IMG/VR virus record: IMGVR_UViG_3300044837_000112
Coordinates: 14,972 to 78,971 of that record
Strand: one strand, 5' to 3'
DNA: 64,000 nt
DNA from: a virus
Below are positions 30,391-40,503 of this stretch, piece after piece. Under the pieces are notes generated by a model, which saw nothing but the letters and a program-made list of their open reading frames with translations, searched no databases and was not told the origin of the DNA. The position numbers were made by a program, and so were the translations under genes. The first letter of the stretch is position 1. Each line of letters starts with the position of its first letter.

Positions 30391-30879
30391 CTACTGTGTC
30401 TGCGTCTCAAGCCAATATTCGATGGTCGACAGGTGCATGAAATTACCCTTTACTTCGTTACTCAGGTAACGCGTCCGGGCAACTCCGCGCCGCTGGATCT
30501 TCTCCGTCTTCCCGAACATGGTGATCTGGAGTTGGTCCAATCCTATGCGGAGCGGCGCGTCGTTGTAAAGCAAAGACCGCATCACTTTCGACAACACAGA
30601 ATGCACCCGGATACCCTTCACTGGGTCCGCGTCGATCACCCAGGCCTGTACGCCAATCGTGTATTTCTGAAGCGTCGGCTCTTCGTAGCCACCAGTCTCG
30701 AAGCTGGCCTCGTTCGGTGCCCAGCTAAGCGGATAGATACCCACACTCTGGGTTGGATCTCCAGTATTCAGCATCCGCTGGATTACGAAAAGATCTGGGT
30801 AAAGCATCTCTGTCCGAGTACTAATCAGTTCGATCGCGTTGCTTGGGAAGACCTCTGTGGTCTCGTCGAAAAGTGTCAT
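30391..30879 (-). CDS. Tail terminator-like protein
   Basis: Size and synteny in neck module. Confidence 0.55.
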   Translation of the reverse strand: MTLFDETTEVFPSNAIELISTRTEMLYPDLFVIQRMLNTGDPTQSVGIYPLSWAPNEASFETGGYEEPTLQKYTIGVQAWVIDADPVKGIRVHSVLSKVMRSLLYNDAPLRIGLDQLQITMFGKTEKIQRRGVARTRYLSNEVKGNFMHLSTIEYWLETQTQ

Positions 30880-31400
30880 CAGATGCCAATCAATCCACCG
30901 ATAAGGTACCTGGACAGATCATCGGTAAGGTCAACCGCATCAATCTGGTTGATACCAAGTACTGGACGCTTTGGCGTCTTGGGCGTGTCACGACCGAACT
31001 GCGCAGTCATCAACTTCTGCTGAACCTCGACGGACATACTGCCACCCGGATAGGTGACGCGGATATCACCAGGTGCTGCACTGATCTCGCCCTGGTTCGT
31101 GTCGAGGTAGTCGAGCATCTCGCCAGTTCGCTGATTGATCGGATGGTCGCCCGGATAGCCAAGAGACTGACGAATAGAGATCGTCGCGCCAGCTAGATCC
31201 TTCCATTGACCAACGACGTCGTCGCCCTCGTTGGCGAAGCGCTGATCAACCCTATCTTGCAGATAAGGGACCGCAACATTCGAGAGAAAGTTCTCCAGAG
31301 AGGACTCACTGATCATCAGCTCAATACTATCGAGCTGTTCCATGACGCGACTGTCGTCGAGCGTGATGGTGAACATACCATTAACAACAGCCCTGGCCAT
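30879..31400 (-). CDS. Virion morphogenesis / tail completion protein
   Basis: RF..EG....W..L..ATI, RTG.M, QFG....P.RP.LG motifs (Mu gpG-like). Confidence 0.75.
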   Translation of the reverse strand: MARAVVNGMFTITLDDSRVMEQLDSIELMISESSLENFLSNVAVPYLQDRVDQRFANEGDDVVGQWKDLAGATISIRQSLGYPGDHPINQRTGEMLDYLDTNQGEISAAPGDIRVTYPGGSMSVEVQQKLMTAQFGRDTPKTPKRPVLGINQIDAVDLTDDLSRYLIGGLIGI

Positions 31401-31409
31401 AGGACTCGC

Positions 31410-31955
31410 CTACCCGCCGCCGATGAAGGGGTTACCCCAGCCGCCCTCCGGCGGACCCCAGGGGGCGCCGCCAGCCGGGAAGATGGGGTTCGGATTTGGG
31501 TACAGGTAAGGCGCCCGCTGTGTGAAGATATAGAAGCTGTCGACACCGGAAGCGAGATCCTGCTGACCGATAACCGGTCCCTGAACGCCTAGATCATCTG
31601 TGTTAATGAACGGGGCGCCCGGGAGAACGATATCTCCATTGGTCACCTTATAAAGCGCAGACTGCGCCTCTTTGAGGAGTTGGGCTGCATAAGCGTTGAC
31701 ATGGTCGGCTTCCGCACCCGCCTGCACAGCCATGAGCCAGCGCGCCGATGCGATAAAGTTGTTGATCCGCTGCAGCCAGCTGACTGTGATCCTGTTTGCG
31801 GCCACAGCCTCGTCGACGACGATCGGAGTGACATAACGGAGACCCAGCGCGATATCTATCTCGTTCGCAGCGTCATCGACGTACTGTCGTCCCATCTCCT
31901 CGGAGGGAGTCGGAATGACACCAAGCAGCATGTCGCTCACAGCCGAGTAGGCCAT
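31410..31955 (-). CDS. Head-to-tail adaptor (Mu gp36-like)
   Basis: MAYS...D, DA..EID..L..RY.TP motif. Confidence 0.75.
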   Translation of the reverse strand: MAYSAVSDMLLGVIPTPSEEMGRQYVDDAANEIDIALGLRYVTPIVVDEAVAANRITVSWLQRINNFIASARWLMAVQAGAEADHVNAYAAQLLKEAQSALYKVTNGDIVLPGAPFINTDDLGVQGPVIGQQDLASGVDSFYIFTQRAPYLYPNPNPIFPAGGAPWGPPEGGWGNPFIGGG

Positions 31956-31995
31956 TCCGCACTCCCTTCGAGTTGTTACTGCCTAACGGGAATTA

Positions 31996-32472
31996 CTACT
32001 TCTTGAAGCCAAGCGAACTGGCCTCGGGGGCCTTGGCTTCCTTCTCGTCGTCGGCCTTCTTGGCAGCCAGGGCCGCCTCGATTTCCTCCGGCGAGGAGTT
32101 CTCGTCGACCTCGTCGTCGTCGCTGCCTTCGGCCGGCTCGTCGACGCTGTGGTGCAGCAACTCCGGGTCGTCGTCGGCGTTGCCGATCAGGTGATCGTAC
32201 TGATCGGTGTGCTTGAGCCGGTCGGCGTCGGTCAGCAGCGGCTTGCCGCCGATGTCTGCGTAGTTCATGTACTCGGGATCGACGCCGATGAAGTCACGAA
32301 CGTCGTTGCCCTCGACGCGGAAGTCGCGAGCGTTGGGGTCGTCGCGTAGGTACTTTGGGACATAATCCGCGCCGTCGCCGCGCACGGGCAGCGAGCTGTT
32401 CTCGCTGGCGTCGGAATCGGTCTCGGAAACGACAACCTCGGCATCGTCGTCCTTCTTTGTGGCGTCATCCAC
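31996..32472 (-). CDS. Acidic hypothetical protein
   Basis: GGGAG RBS, strong codon bias. Confidence 0.65.
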   Translation of the reverse strand: MDDATKKDDDAEVVVSETDSDASENSSLPVRGDGADYVPKYLRDDPNARDFRVEGNDVRDFIGVDPEYMNYADIGGKPLLTDADRLKHTDQYDHLIGNADDDPELLHHSVDEPAEGSDDDEVDENSSPEEIEAALAAKKADDEKEAKAPEASSLGFKK

Positions 32473-32598
32473 CGGAAGCTCCCTGTCGTGATGTGCTCTG
32501 AGGCCGACGGGCGAGACAGGGCTTTACAGACCCGCCCCGCCCATCGCTGGTATCCGACTCGAGCATTTAACGTCCGCAGGTCGGCTTGGACGGTGTGT

Positions 32599-32796
32599 CT
32601 AGAAGCCGTTCTTGGAGACTGCGCCGCGACCCGGCTGACGTGAAGTAACGCCAACTCGGCCGTTCTTGTTGCCACCGCCACCAGGACCGACTGCTACTGC
32701 TGGACTCCGCTTGCCAGGCCGACCGCCGGACGGGATCGCCCGCTGACCGGAAGGCTGCATGACGACCGAGCCGTCAGGCAGACGTGTTGCCGCCAT
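32599..32796 (-). CDS. Small basic Gly/Arg-rich protein
   Basis: GGAGG RBS; in late operon. Confidence 0.55.
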   Translation of the reverse strand: MAATRLPDGSVVMQPSGQRAIPSGGRPGKRSPAVAVGPGGGGNKNGRVGVTSRQPGRGAVSKNGF

Positions 32797-33049
32797 CGGT
32801 GGTCACCTCCTCTTCCTTCTCGTCGAGCATGAACGTAACCGTGAACTCGTCGCCCATGGTGAGCTGGTCGGCGAGTTCGTTCTTCATCGACATCTGAAGC
32901 TGGAGACCGGGAGTGGAAGACGCCCACTCCTTGTTGACCTCGCGGCCATTCGACCCGTAGTTCGGACCGAAGCTGAATGCCGTGACGTTCTCGCCGTTCG
33001 GCTGCTTGTAGCCGAGCTTGAGCTTGGCCGTGAAGGACTTCAGAGCCAT
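32774..33049 (-). CDS. Hypothetical protein
   Basis: N.EWA..TP...L.M motif; directly after capsid gene. Confidence 0.65.
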   Translation of the reverse strand: MALKSFTAKLKLGYKQPNGENVTAFSFGPNYGSNGREVNKEWASSTPGLQLQMSMKNELADQLTMGDEFTVTFMLDEKEEEVTTDGGNTSA

Positions 33050-33052
33050 GCG

Positions 33053-34360
33053 TTAGACGCTCCCGTCGAGTACAGAGATGGTGTAGGTAGCGGTGAGGTC
33101 CATGTGGAGGAAGACCGGGAACGCCTTGATTCCCGTGCCGACGTCCATACCCCAGGGGTCGACGCCGAAATCCTTCTCCCACTCGTAATAGCCGGACGTC
33201 CAGTTACCGGCCGGGTGCGGCGAGGTCAGCGTCTTCGCGAAGCCGATCTGGGTGTCGTCGAACTGGGCAATGTCATCCTCGGATGGGAGGAAGATCACCT
33301 TGTTCTGCGGCAGGAAGCGGTTGTTGGTAGTAACGGTCGCTCCGACCGACCGAGTACGGTAGACCGCGTCGTACTCGATGAACGTGAGGCCGGTCGCGTT
33401 CTCAATGATTGCCTGAGCCGCCGACGGCGACCAGCCATCGAGCAGGTACTTCGGGTCGATCGGCGAGGATAGCGGACTGCCAGCCGCCACAAGGCCGGTA
33501 CGCGCCGTGAACTTCGCCGAGTTCCAGATCTGGCTCAGCAGACGACGCGAGGCGATGGCTCGGTTGAGTCGGATGCCGTACGTGTCGTAGAACCAGTTCT
33601 GGAGGTTGATGATGTCGCCGATGGGGTCACCGGTACCATCACTCTTGATCCAGGAGCTGCTGTTAAGCGTGATGTTCGCGGCGTTACCAGCCGGGTCGAT
33701 CAGCGTACTGCCCATCACCATGTTCTGCTGGGCTGGACGCTGGAAGTCAACGGTGAAGTTGATTCGACCATCGTTGTAAGCGATGGCGCCGGTGGAGAGC
33801 GCATTCATGATGAGCCACTCCATCCGGTTGTCGATCTTGCGCCGACGCCGGAGGGTATCACGGGCAAGCCGCGCCTGCCAGTCCTCGGTGGCCGACTGTG
33901 CCGTGAGGGGCAGGTTGCTGGTGTCCCGGAGTTGCTGCTGGATCAGCAGCCATTCCCGGTATCGACTGACATCGGATGCGCTGTAGTGGTCCTTGACTGC
34001 CCAGTCAATGACGGACGCGCGACCCTCCAGCTCGAAGATGTCGTCCTTCTGACTCAGTTCCGATTCCGCGTCTTCTGCGCGGGCCGGAACCAGGCCATCG
34101 GACATGCCGAGGGCGTACTGGAAGATCACGTCGTCCGTCGGGACCTCGAGGAACGGCGCGATAAGGCTCAGACCGATGTGGTTCTGCGGCAGAACGATCT
34201 CGCGAATGACACCAAGCGAGACCTCCTTCCGGACCAGTCGGTCCTGAGGGATAGGAGTTGCGAACTGGCTTCCACCAGCCACGCCGTGACCGAGACCGAA
34301 CTGAGGACCAGTCGTCGTCGACGGCGCGGCCGGGAAGGCAAGCCCAGCACCAGTTGTCAT
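33053..34360 (-). CDS. Major capsid protein (lambda gpE-like)
   Basis: RMEWLIMNALSTG.I..N.....VDF, W....GDPIGDI, FLP..K.IF motifs; GAGG RBS before ATG 34360. Confidence 0.88.
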   Translation of the reverse strand: MTTGAGLAFPAAPSTTTGPQFGLGHGVAGGSQFATPIPQDRLVRKEVSLGVIREIVLPQNHIGLSLIAPFLEVPTDDVIFQYALGMSDGLVPARAEDAESELSQKDDIFELEGRASVIDWAVKDHYSASDVSRYREWLLIQQQLRDTSNLPLTAQSATEDWQARLARDTLRRRRKIDNRMEWLIMNALSTGAIAYNDGRINFTVDFQRPAQQNMVMGSTLIDPAGNAANITLNSSSWIKSDGTGDPIGDIINLQNWFYDTYGIRLNRAIASRRLLSQIWNSAKFTARTGLVAAGSPLSSPIDPKYLLDGWSPSAAQAIIENATGLTFIEYDAVYRTRSVGATVTTNNRFLPQNKVIFLPSEDDIAQFDDTQIGFAKTLTSPHPAGNWTSGYYEWEKDFGVDPWGMDVGTGIKAFPVFLHMDLTATYTISVLDGSV

Positions 34361-34418
34361 GGAAACATCCTCTGTGTTCGGATCGGGATCGACTGCTTGG
34401 CTGTTATTGGGCCGTCGA

Positions 34419-35189
34419 CTACTGGAAAGTGAGCGACAGAGTCTTTTGGGCAACCGTCGCCGTTGCAGTCGCATTCTGCATCGCCTGCGCGATGCCAGCT
34501 GCGGTAAGTTCGATGCACCAAGCCTGGACACAGGTAGCGTCGTATGTGACGGCGATCTCCCGGTCCGACTCCAGCAGTTGCCAGGGCAGGAAGGTGTCGT
34601 TGACGCCGACGATACCCGCCGTGCTGCTGCGGCCATCGAGGGCACCGGCGATACCAGTCGTAGTGTGCACCGGCGTGATCGTCGGGCTAGAGCCGGTGAC
34701 TGAGGCGATGCTCATAGAGAGCGTCACCGGACCGGCGAGGTTGCCAGCCGCCGTGTAGACGGTGGCGGTCGTCAGCTGCGGACCGCCGGTGACGAGCAGG
34801 TTACCCGCACCAACGCTGGAAAGTGCCTGGACGGCCGTCTGGATCGTCGCGATCGAGGCGTTGAACGCCAGTGCTGGGGTCGTCTGACCATTGACGGTAA
34901 TCGTGAACGTACCCGCCGACCAGGTACCACCCGGAGTCAGCGTCCAGACGTCAGCGGTACCGGCCGCCTGGAACGGGCCGATCTTGCCAGAGTCGGGACC
35001 GGAGGTGATCTTGGCCATCACCGTACCGGGCTGAAGGATCTTCTGGGTAGAGCCGTCAATGATGACGACGCCGGGAACGGAGTTCTTCGCGACTGTGTAC
35101 GACGTCTTCTTGACACCAACCGTGGACCGGAGATACCGGTTGACACCGAACGGAGTCTGGAGCGCGCCGCCCTTGGAAAAGCCGGGCAT
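34419..35189 (-). CDS. Head decoration protein (lambda gpD-like) with inserted domain
   Basis: KILQPGTVMAKIT.....GP...A.DGR....G motif; lies between protease and capsid. Confidence 0.75.
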   Translation of the reverse strand: MPGFSKGGALQTPFGVNRYLRSTVGVKKTSYTVAKNSVPGVVIIDGSTQKILQPGTVMAKITSGPDSGKIGPFQAAGTADVWTLTPGGTWSAGTFTITVNGQTTPALAFNASIATIQTAVQALSSVGAGNLLVTGGPQLTTATVYTAAGNLAGPVTLSMSIASVTGSSPTITPVHTTTGIAGALDGRSSTAGIVGVNDTFLPWQLLESDREIAVTYDATCVQAWCIELTAAGIAQAMQNATATATVAQKTLSLTFQ

Positions 35190-35244
35190 ATCTGGTCCTC
35201 TCGGTCTTTACTTGCTAGAAGAACATCGTAGCTGGCCTGACTGT

Positions 35245-36537
35245 TTAGACCTTGATGGCCGGGCGTTCGCCCGCAGAGACCAACTTCTGGTAGGACGGCG
35301 TGTTGCAGTACATCGTCGGGATCTGACCGGACCGTTCGTGGATGCGGACGATCTGACGAGCCGTTTCCAGCTCGGTGCTTGCGGCCGTCGGCTGCGCGCC
35401 GTTCGCCGGGTTGGTGACACCGCCGCCGTGGTTGGCGAGCAGCGGGTTAGGCAGGCCGAACTGCTGCGTCCAGGCCGCGTACTGCGCATCGTCGAGGGCG
35501 AGGGCAAATGCCTCGTACTCAGGCTGCTGTGGCGCGAGGATCTTGTTGTTGATCACGAGGCCCTTGACGAACTCCTTGCGGTTCGTGTCACGCAGTTCAC
35601 GCTGCGCCGACTCGAACGCGTTGATGTACGCCTGAACCTGGCCGAAGTCGGTGACCTGCTGACCGGCACAGGTGAAGATGATCTGCTGCGGGGCCGACGG
35701 CTGTGCGAATGGCATCGACTGCTGCGGCGCTGGCTGCATAGCCGGCTGCTGCATCGGCTGCACCTGCGGCTGCGCGAACTGTGGGAACGTCGGCTGTCCG
35801 AGCTGCGGCTGCGCCAGTGGCTGCATCTGCGGCAGAACGGGCAAAGCAAGAAGGCCGGCAGGCTGACCCTGCTGAACCCCTGCGGCCTGCGGAGTTGGCT
35901 GCACGTTAATCTCCCTGAGAGAAGCGCCGAGATCGAAGATTACCCGAGTACCTGGGGCAACCGCACTATCGGCTTGATGTAATCCGAAGTTTAGACCCTC
36001 GACTGCGGGCATGTCGACGTATGCATAGCCCCCGAAAACGGGCCACAGTTCAGTTTCATTATTGGTTGTGTACTGGATGATCTCCGAAGACCTATTGCGC
36101 CAAGTGCCATTGGCTAGATTCTCCGCAGCGTATAGCTGCGTGATCTCAACGTCGGCCAGCAGATAGCTGTACTCCTGCTTATCAACTGGCGACTGCATCG
36201 GCCTTGTCTTCAGATCCTGAGTCCAGCCGACGACGTTACCGCGTCCCTGTATGTTGCCAATGAGCCACGTTTTATGGCCATCGCGCACCGGCGCCGCAGG
36301 CAAAATGCTCTTCTGGGCGAGGAAGCTGTTGTTCGAGATCATCTGATCAAGGTGAAACTGTTCCCACGTCGACTGCATTCCGGAACTGTCACGGAATGTA
36401 CCAGTCCGAAAGACCGGAATGTCAGTGAAGACAGTACCACCCTTACTGCCAGAATACTGCTTGCCAAAACTGGTCGCAAGTCCATCCATCACGTAGAGGA
36501 GGGACCGCGCCGCAGCCGGAAAAGCAGTAACTGTCAT
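35245..36537 (-). CDS. Capsid maturation protease / scaffold (Mu gpI-like)
   Basis: IPVFRTG.F, P.RDGH, VGW, RSSEI, PAVEGL; Gln-rich linker then helical scaffold. Confidence 0.8.
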   Translation of the reverse strand: MTVTAFPAAARSLLYVMDGLATSFGKQYSGSKGGTVFTDIPVFRTGTFRDSSGMQSTWEQFHLDQMISNNSFLAQKSILPAAPVRDGHKTWLIGNIQGRGNVVGWTQDLKTRPMQSPVDKQEYSYLLADVEITQLYAAENLANGTWRNRSSEIIQYTTNNETELWPVFGGYAYVDMPAVEGLNFGLHQADSAVAPGTRVIFDLGASLREINVQPTPQAAGVQQGQPAGLLALPVLPQMQPLAQPQLGQPTFPQFAQPQVQPMQQPAMQPAPQQSMPFAQPSAPQQIIFTCAGQQVTDFGQVQAYINAFESAQRELRDTNRKEFVKGLVINNKILAPQQPEYEAFALALDDAQYAAWTQQFGLPNPLLANHGGGVTNPANGAQPTAASTELETARQIVRIHERSGQIPTMYCNTPSYQKLVSAGERPAIKV

Positions 36538-36560
36538 GGGGCATACATTACGGCACGCCC

Positions 36561-36851
36561 TCACCTACCGGAAGCGGCGCTTGGTGCCCCAATTTCCAGT
36601 TCGTGTGGCGGATCTATCTCTTCCATGACTGCGCGACCACCACTGATGACGATATCTTGCCATCGATAGCAGTCGCGACATTTGATACTGACTGAACCAC
36701 CCTTGAACACAGACTCGGTTGTCGTACGACCCGACCGCTCAATTTTGACATGGACGTAGAGGCGTCCGTCGACATCGACGCCATACATGGCCAGCAGTGG
36801 TCGGCGCGGACAGAAAGGGCACCGCCACTCCTTCGGCTTTCCAGTCAACAT
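36561..36851 (-). CDS. Zn-ribbon protein (Mu Com-like)
   Basis: EWRCPFC...LL and IKCRDC motifs. Confidence 0.65.
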   Translation of the reverse strand: MLTGKPKEWRCPFCPRRPLLAMYGVDVDGRLYVHVKIERSGRTTTESVFKGGSVSIKCRDCYRWQDIVISGGRAVMEEIDPPHELEIGAPSAASGR

Positions 36852-38599
36852 CAGTCCTCTTCCAGCTGTTCAGCTAGGCAACTGGTCAGGATCTGCTCCA
36901 GGTAGATCTTGAGTTCGCCGGTCGAATCCATGCCAATCAGGATCTCGTCCGACTCAAACAGGACAGCCTCGGCCAGGCCATACATGCCCAGTTTGATGCC
37001 CTGTTCGTTCTCGAAACCGTCTTTTGTCAGTGCCGCTTGGAGCTGACCATCGAAGCCGAACGAGAGAGTCGTGCCGATATTGGCGTGCCCTTCAGAGACT
37101 CGCTTACTGACCTGAGCAGCGACCCTGGTTGCGATATCGCTGATAACCAGGGAGGCGTTTGCTGTCTTCTTCTTCGTGCCAGTTCCGCCAGCACCGCCAG
37201 TCTTCTTCGGCGTTCCTCCGGCCTTGGCTTTCGCCTGCGGGTCGGCTGGCTTCGTTCCGGGGGCTCCTGTGTCATTGCCTGTTAGCACCTGCACCTCTTT
37301 GAAGGACAGGCCAGCGATATCACCCAGTTCCTGAAGGTCTGGCATCGCCCGACCGGTTGGGATGAGCGCCTGCAGGATCGCAGTTATCATCTGGATTTTA
37401 TCGCTGCCCATCTTGCGGAAGCTGATGGTTGCGCGTGGGGCATTTGTTCCGAAGTTGAAGTCGACAAGCCGCGACAGGATGAAGGCATCGATATATGTCT
37501 TCATGTCGGCCGCAAGAGCGTTGAGCATATTCTGATAGGTCACCCAGTGGGTTGACCCGAGGTTGTATGATCCTACATCTGCAGTTCTAAGAACCAACAG
37601 TGGCGTGAAGAGCGCGAGCGACATCTCTTCGTCAAGACGCATTAAGTAGCGCTCAAAATCAGCGCCACGCATCTGCGATTCGAGATATTCGATCTCGTAG
37701 TCGTATTCGACCGCCTTGCCGGCTGATCCCGTACCTATCTGGGTTCGGTCGTTCGGCAGCACGACGGCAGATCGGTTCCGCAGACTCTGCAGGACGTTCA
37801 GCATCAACTGAGCGCCGTTTATCTTTACTGCCTGGCCATCCGAGTTAACAGTGATCTGCTCATCGTACGGCGCCCGACCAACTGGTACCGGCTCTCCAAA
37901 CCGCTCGAAGTATCGGTTAGAGAACATGTGGATCAGGAGAGAGAAGTACCAACTTGTAAAGGCAGCACGGAGCAACTTCCGTCCGTACATATCGCCATTC
38001 TCGGAAAGCAATGGATACCAGAAGGTGTTCGCGCTTGGAATCGGCCAGTCCTGACCCCAGACTCTGATGCCGTCGTAGATCGGAATCTTTGGAGGGATAC
38101 GCCCGGCGGGAGCGTACCCATCCACCATCTTCCAGTGAACCAGCGAGGTCTCCGGGATTAGGTCTTTTATCTTGGTCAAGACCACGCGACCAGAGCCAGG
38201 ATCGTTCTCAAACTGCAAAACACAGGGCGCATAGCCAGCCCAGTGCGCCTGCGAGCACGCCTTGATGATGTTCGTCCACATCGCATCCATGTTACCCTGG
38301 ACAAACTTCTTAATCTTCGGATCGTCACACTCGATCTTCCAATCGAGCTGATGCAGCATGAAGCTCATAACACTGAGGGCAGCATTGATCTGATAGTGGT
38401 CGCGCATCGTGCGGAAGTCCGCGAGCTGCAACTTACTCAGATCGAACTGCACAGCACCATAACCGGGTAGATTCCTGATGAGACGGTTGTCCCACTCATT
38501 TGCCCAACGAGGAGCAAACTTCTCGCCCAGTGCTGGCGGCTGCGCCTTCGCGAAGTTGGACGAACTAAGCGGGTTGCCATTTTTATCAACGAGTTGCAT
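36851..38599 (-). CDS. Portal protein (Mu gp29/DUF935-like)
   Basis: YG..LLR.A...W, ERFG.P...G, GSYNLG..H, L...NFG motifs. Confidence 0.9.
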   Translation of the reverse strand: MQLVDKNGNPLSSSNFAKAQPPALGEKFAPRWANEWDNRLIRNLPGYGAVQFDLSKLQLADFRTMRDHYQINAALSVMSFMLHQLDWKIECDDPKIKKFVQGNMDAMWTNIIKACSQAHWAGYAPCVLQFENDPGSGRVVLTKIKDLIPETSLVHWKMVDGYAPAGRIPPKIPIYDGIRVWGQDWPIPSANTFWYPLLSENGDMYGRKLLRAAFTSWYFSLLIHMFSNRYFERFGEPVPVGRAPYDEQITVNSDGQAVKINGAQLMLNVLQSLRNRSAVVLPNDRTQIGTGSAGKAVEYDYEIEYLESQMRGADFERYLMRLDEEMSLALFTPLLVLRTADVGSYNLGSTHWVTYQNMLNALAADMKTYIDAFILSRLVDFNFGTNAPRATISFRKMGSDKIQMITAILQALIPTGRAMPDLQELGDIAGLSFKEVQVLTGNDTGAPGTKPADPQAKAKAGGTPKKTGGAGGTGTKKKTANASLVISDIATRVAAQVSKRVSEGHANIGTTLSFGFDGQLQAALTKDGFENEQGIKLGMYGLAEAVLFESDEILIGMDSTGELKIYLEQILTSCLAEQLEED

Positions 38600-38605
38600 C
38601 AGTAC

Positions 38606-40501
38606 TTAACTCCCGGATCTTAGGTGCGGCGGAAGCGACATACCAGAACCCATCGAGCCGAAGCCAGGCATTGAGCCAAACCCAGGAATCTCGGGAAGTT
38701 CCAAACCAACGCCGCTTCCTTCGCGGGGGAGGTGTGGAAAAGGTATTGCCGAACCACCAGAGCTAACCGATGCTCCCGATTGTGCCAGACCTCGACGGTA
38801 TTGTCTATCACCCATGAGGGTGCAAACAACACCAGCCATCGCATCGGTGACGTCCTTACTGCCGCCCGGCGGGTGATCCACCTTCTTGCCGTCGCCAGCA
38901 TGCATGAGTTCTAAGAGTTCTTTGGTGATTATATCGATCAGCTTGGTGTCACCATTATGCCAGTAGGTCATCAAGCGTGGCCATTCGACCCGGTCCTCGT
39001 AGATTGCCTCACGCAAGTCATGATAAGGTAGTAACTCTTTGTCGACGGATAGGTAACCTGCATTCATTTTCTTTTTATTTAGTTGCTGCAGTGTATCTGT
39101 TGACTGAAAACCGTCTAGAGTTACCTGTTTAATTCTGAATCCACGTGCATCTCTCAATCGATACAGAATATCACGCATATCTGAGAGGATAATCTCCGTA
39201 CCAGGTAGTGGCCTGATGCGGATAATGCAATCAAACACGATAACTGGCTTGAGTTCATCGTCAACTTCTTTTAATTCGTGCACGTGTCCGACGGCCAACC
39301 CTAAAGCATCGCCGTTAGGGCTAATACCGATGTCTACGTGGGCCACTCGCTTCAGTGAATCCGTAGCCATGAACCAATCGGCGAACTCGGGTCGATTGAG
39401 ACGTGGCCCGACAGGACCTTCCGATATTCCATAACGCGTATGCCACTTTGTAAACGCTGCTTCCACCTTCTCTGGCATCGAGATGAAGGCGTCACCGACC
39501 ATTGGCGGAATACCAGCATGGTCCCGGAGCGCTTGTTGCGGGTTACTCGTAAAGTCTTTACGGTATACATTTGGCACCTCCATCAACTGATCGGGCGTCA
39601 TAAAGTCGCGCATCAGCTCATCAACGATTGTCTTTCGCGCCGGATCGAACCAGAAGCTATCCCGAGTGATGTTGTCTGGCTTTAGGAACTTGTCCCAGCC
39701 AAGACTATCCCAGATGGTCAACTTGGTGGCGTACGAACCGCCCTTGAAACCTTCCTCCATGAACTCTTTGTACATGTTCGCCGCAAATCCGACCGACTTC
39801 TTCATCTGACCAATCAGAATGAGAAGACCGCGGTTACCGAAGCGAGACGTAATACGGTTCCGGATCGTGTTGTAGCCATCCAGAGCGTAGTCTTTTTTCT
39901 CGGTAACGAGGTGCGAGTCCATTTCGTCGATGATGCCGCCGAGAATGTTATAACCCTCAAACGTCGTATCCTTGGAGTCACCGGGCACGATCCAAATATC
40001 CTTTGGCAGCCGGATCTGCCTCTTGTACGAAGGATCGTGTGGGTGCTTACGGAACCACGGACTGTGATTGATACGTGCGAAGATGTCGCCAAAGAGAACC
40101 TCCCGAGCATTCGTTTCTGAAGTTGACATCTGCATGAATGCGATGCGAGATCCCGGCAGCAGACCAAAGAATTCCTGCGGGTTCTTCAAGCACAGCACCC
40201 AGTGAGCCATGTAAGGGAGGGCTATCGACGCGAACGTCGTCTTACCGACACCAATAGCCCCAGTAAACATAGCACGCTGAACATTAGCCAGATTATAAAC
40301 GTTGGGTTCAGCACCGAAGATACTAACCAGTGCTTCACGGACCCCATCGCGAACACCCTTTTCGATGTCAAGGTAATCTTTACCAAGAAACTCTAACAGA
40401 CCAGCTGGTCGTTCCGTGAAGTCAGTATTCTTCTTCAGCCAGTCCAGCTCACGAATAGCAATAAGCTCGGAATCAGAATCCACGTAAGTAGGAACTGTCA
40501 T
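38606..40501 (-). CDS. terL: Terminase large subunit
   Basis: Walker A GAIGVGKT, Walker B IIDE, RNase H-like HVDIG, DGFQS, DHP..GSKDVTDA. Confidence 0.93.
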   Translation of the reverse strand: MTVPTYVDSDSELIAIRELDWLKKNTDFTERPAGLLEFLGKDYLDIEKGVRDGVREALVSIFGAEPNVYNLANVQRAMFTGAIGVGKTTFASIALPYMAHWVLCLKNPQEFFGLLPGSRIAFMQMSTSETNAREVLFGDIFARINHSPWFRKHPHDPSYKRQIRLPKDIWIVPGDSKDTTFEGYNILGGIIDEMDSHLVTEKKDYALDGYNTIRNRITSRFGNRGLLILIGQMKKSVGFAANMYKEFMEEGFKGGSYATKLTIWDSLGWDKFLKPDNITRDSFWFDPARKTIVDELMRDFMTPDQLMEVPNVYRKDFTSNPQQALRDHAGIPPMVGDAFISMPEKVEAAFTKWHTRYGISEGPVGPRLNRPEFADWFMATDSLKRVAHVDIGISPNGDALGLAVGHVHELKEVDDELKPVIVFDCIIRIRPLPGTEIILSDMRDILYRLRDARGFRIKQVTLDGFQSTDTLQQLNKKKMNAGYLSVDKELLPYHDLREAIYEDRVEWPRLMTYWHNGDTKLIDIITKELLELMHAGDGKKVDHPPGGSKDVTDAMAGVVCTLMGDRQYRRGLAQSGASVSSGGSAIPFPHLPREGSGVGLELPEIPGFGSMPGFGSMGSGMSLPPHLRSGS

Positions 40502-40503
40502 GA

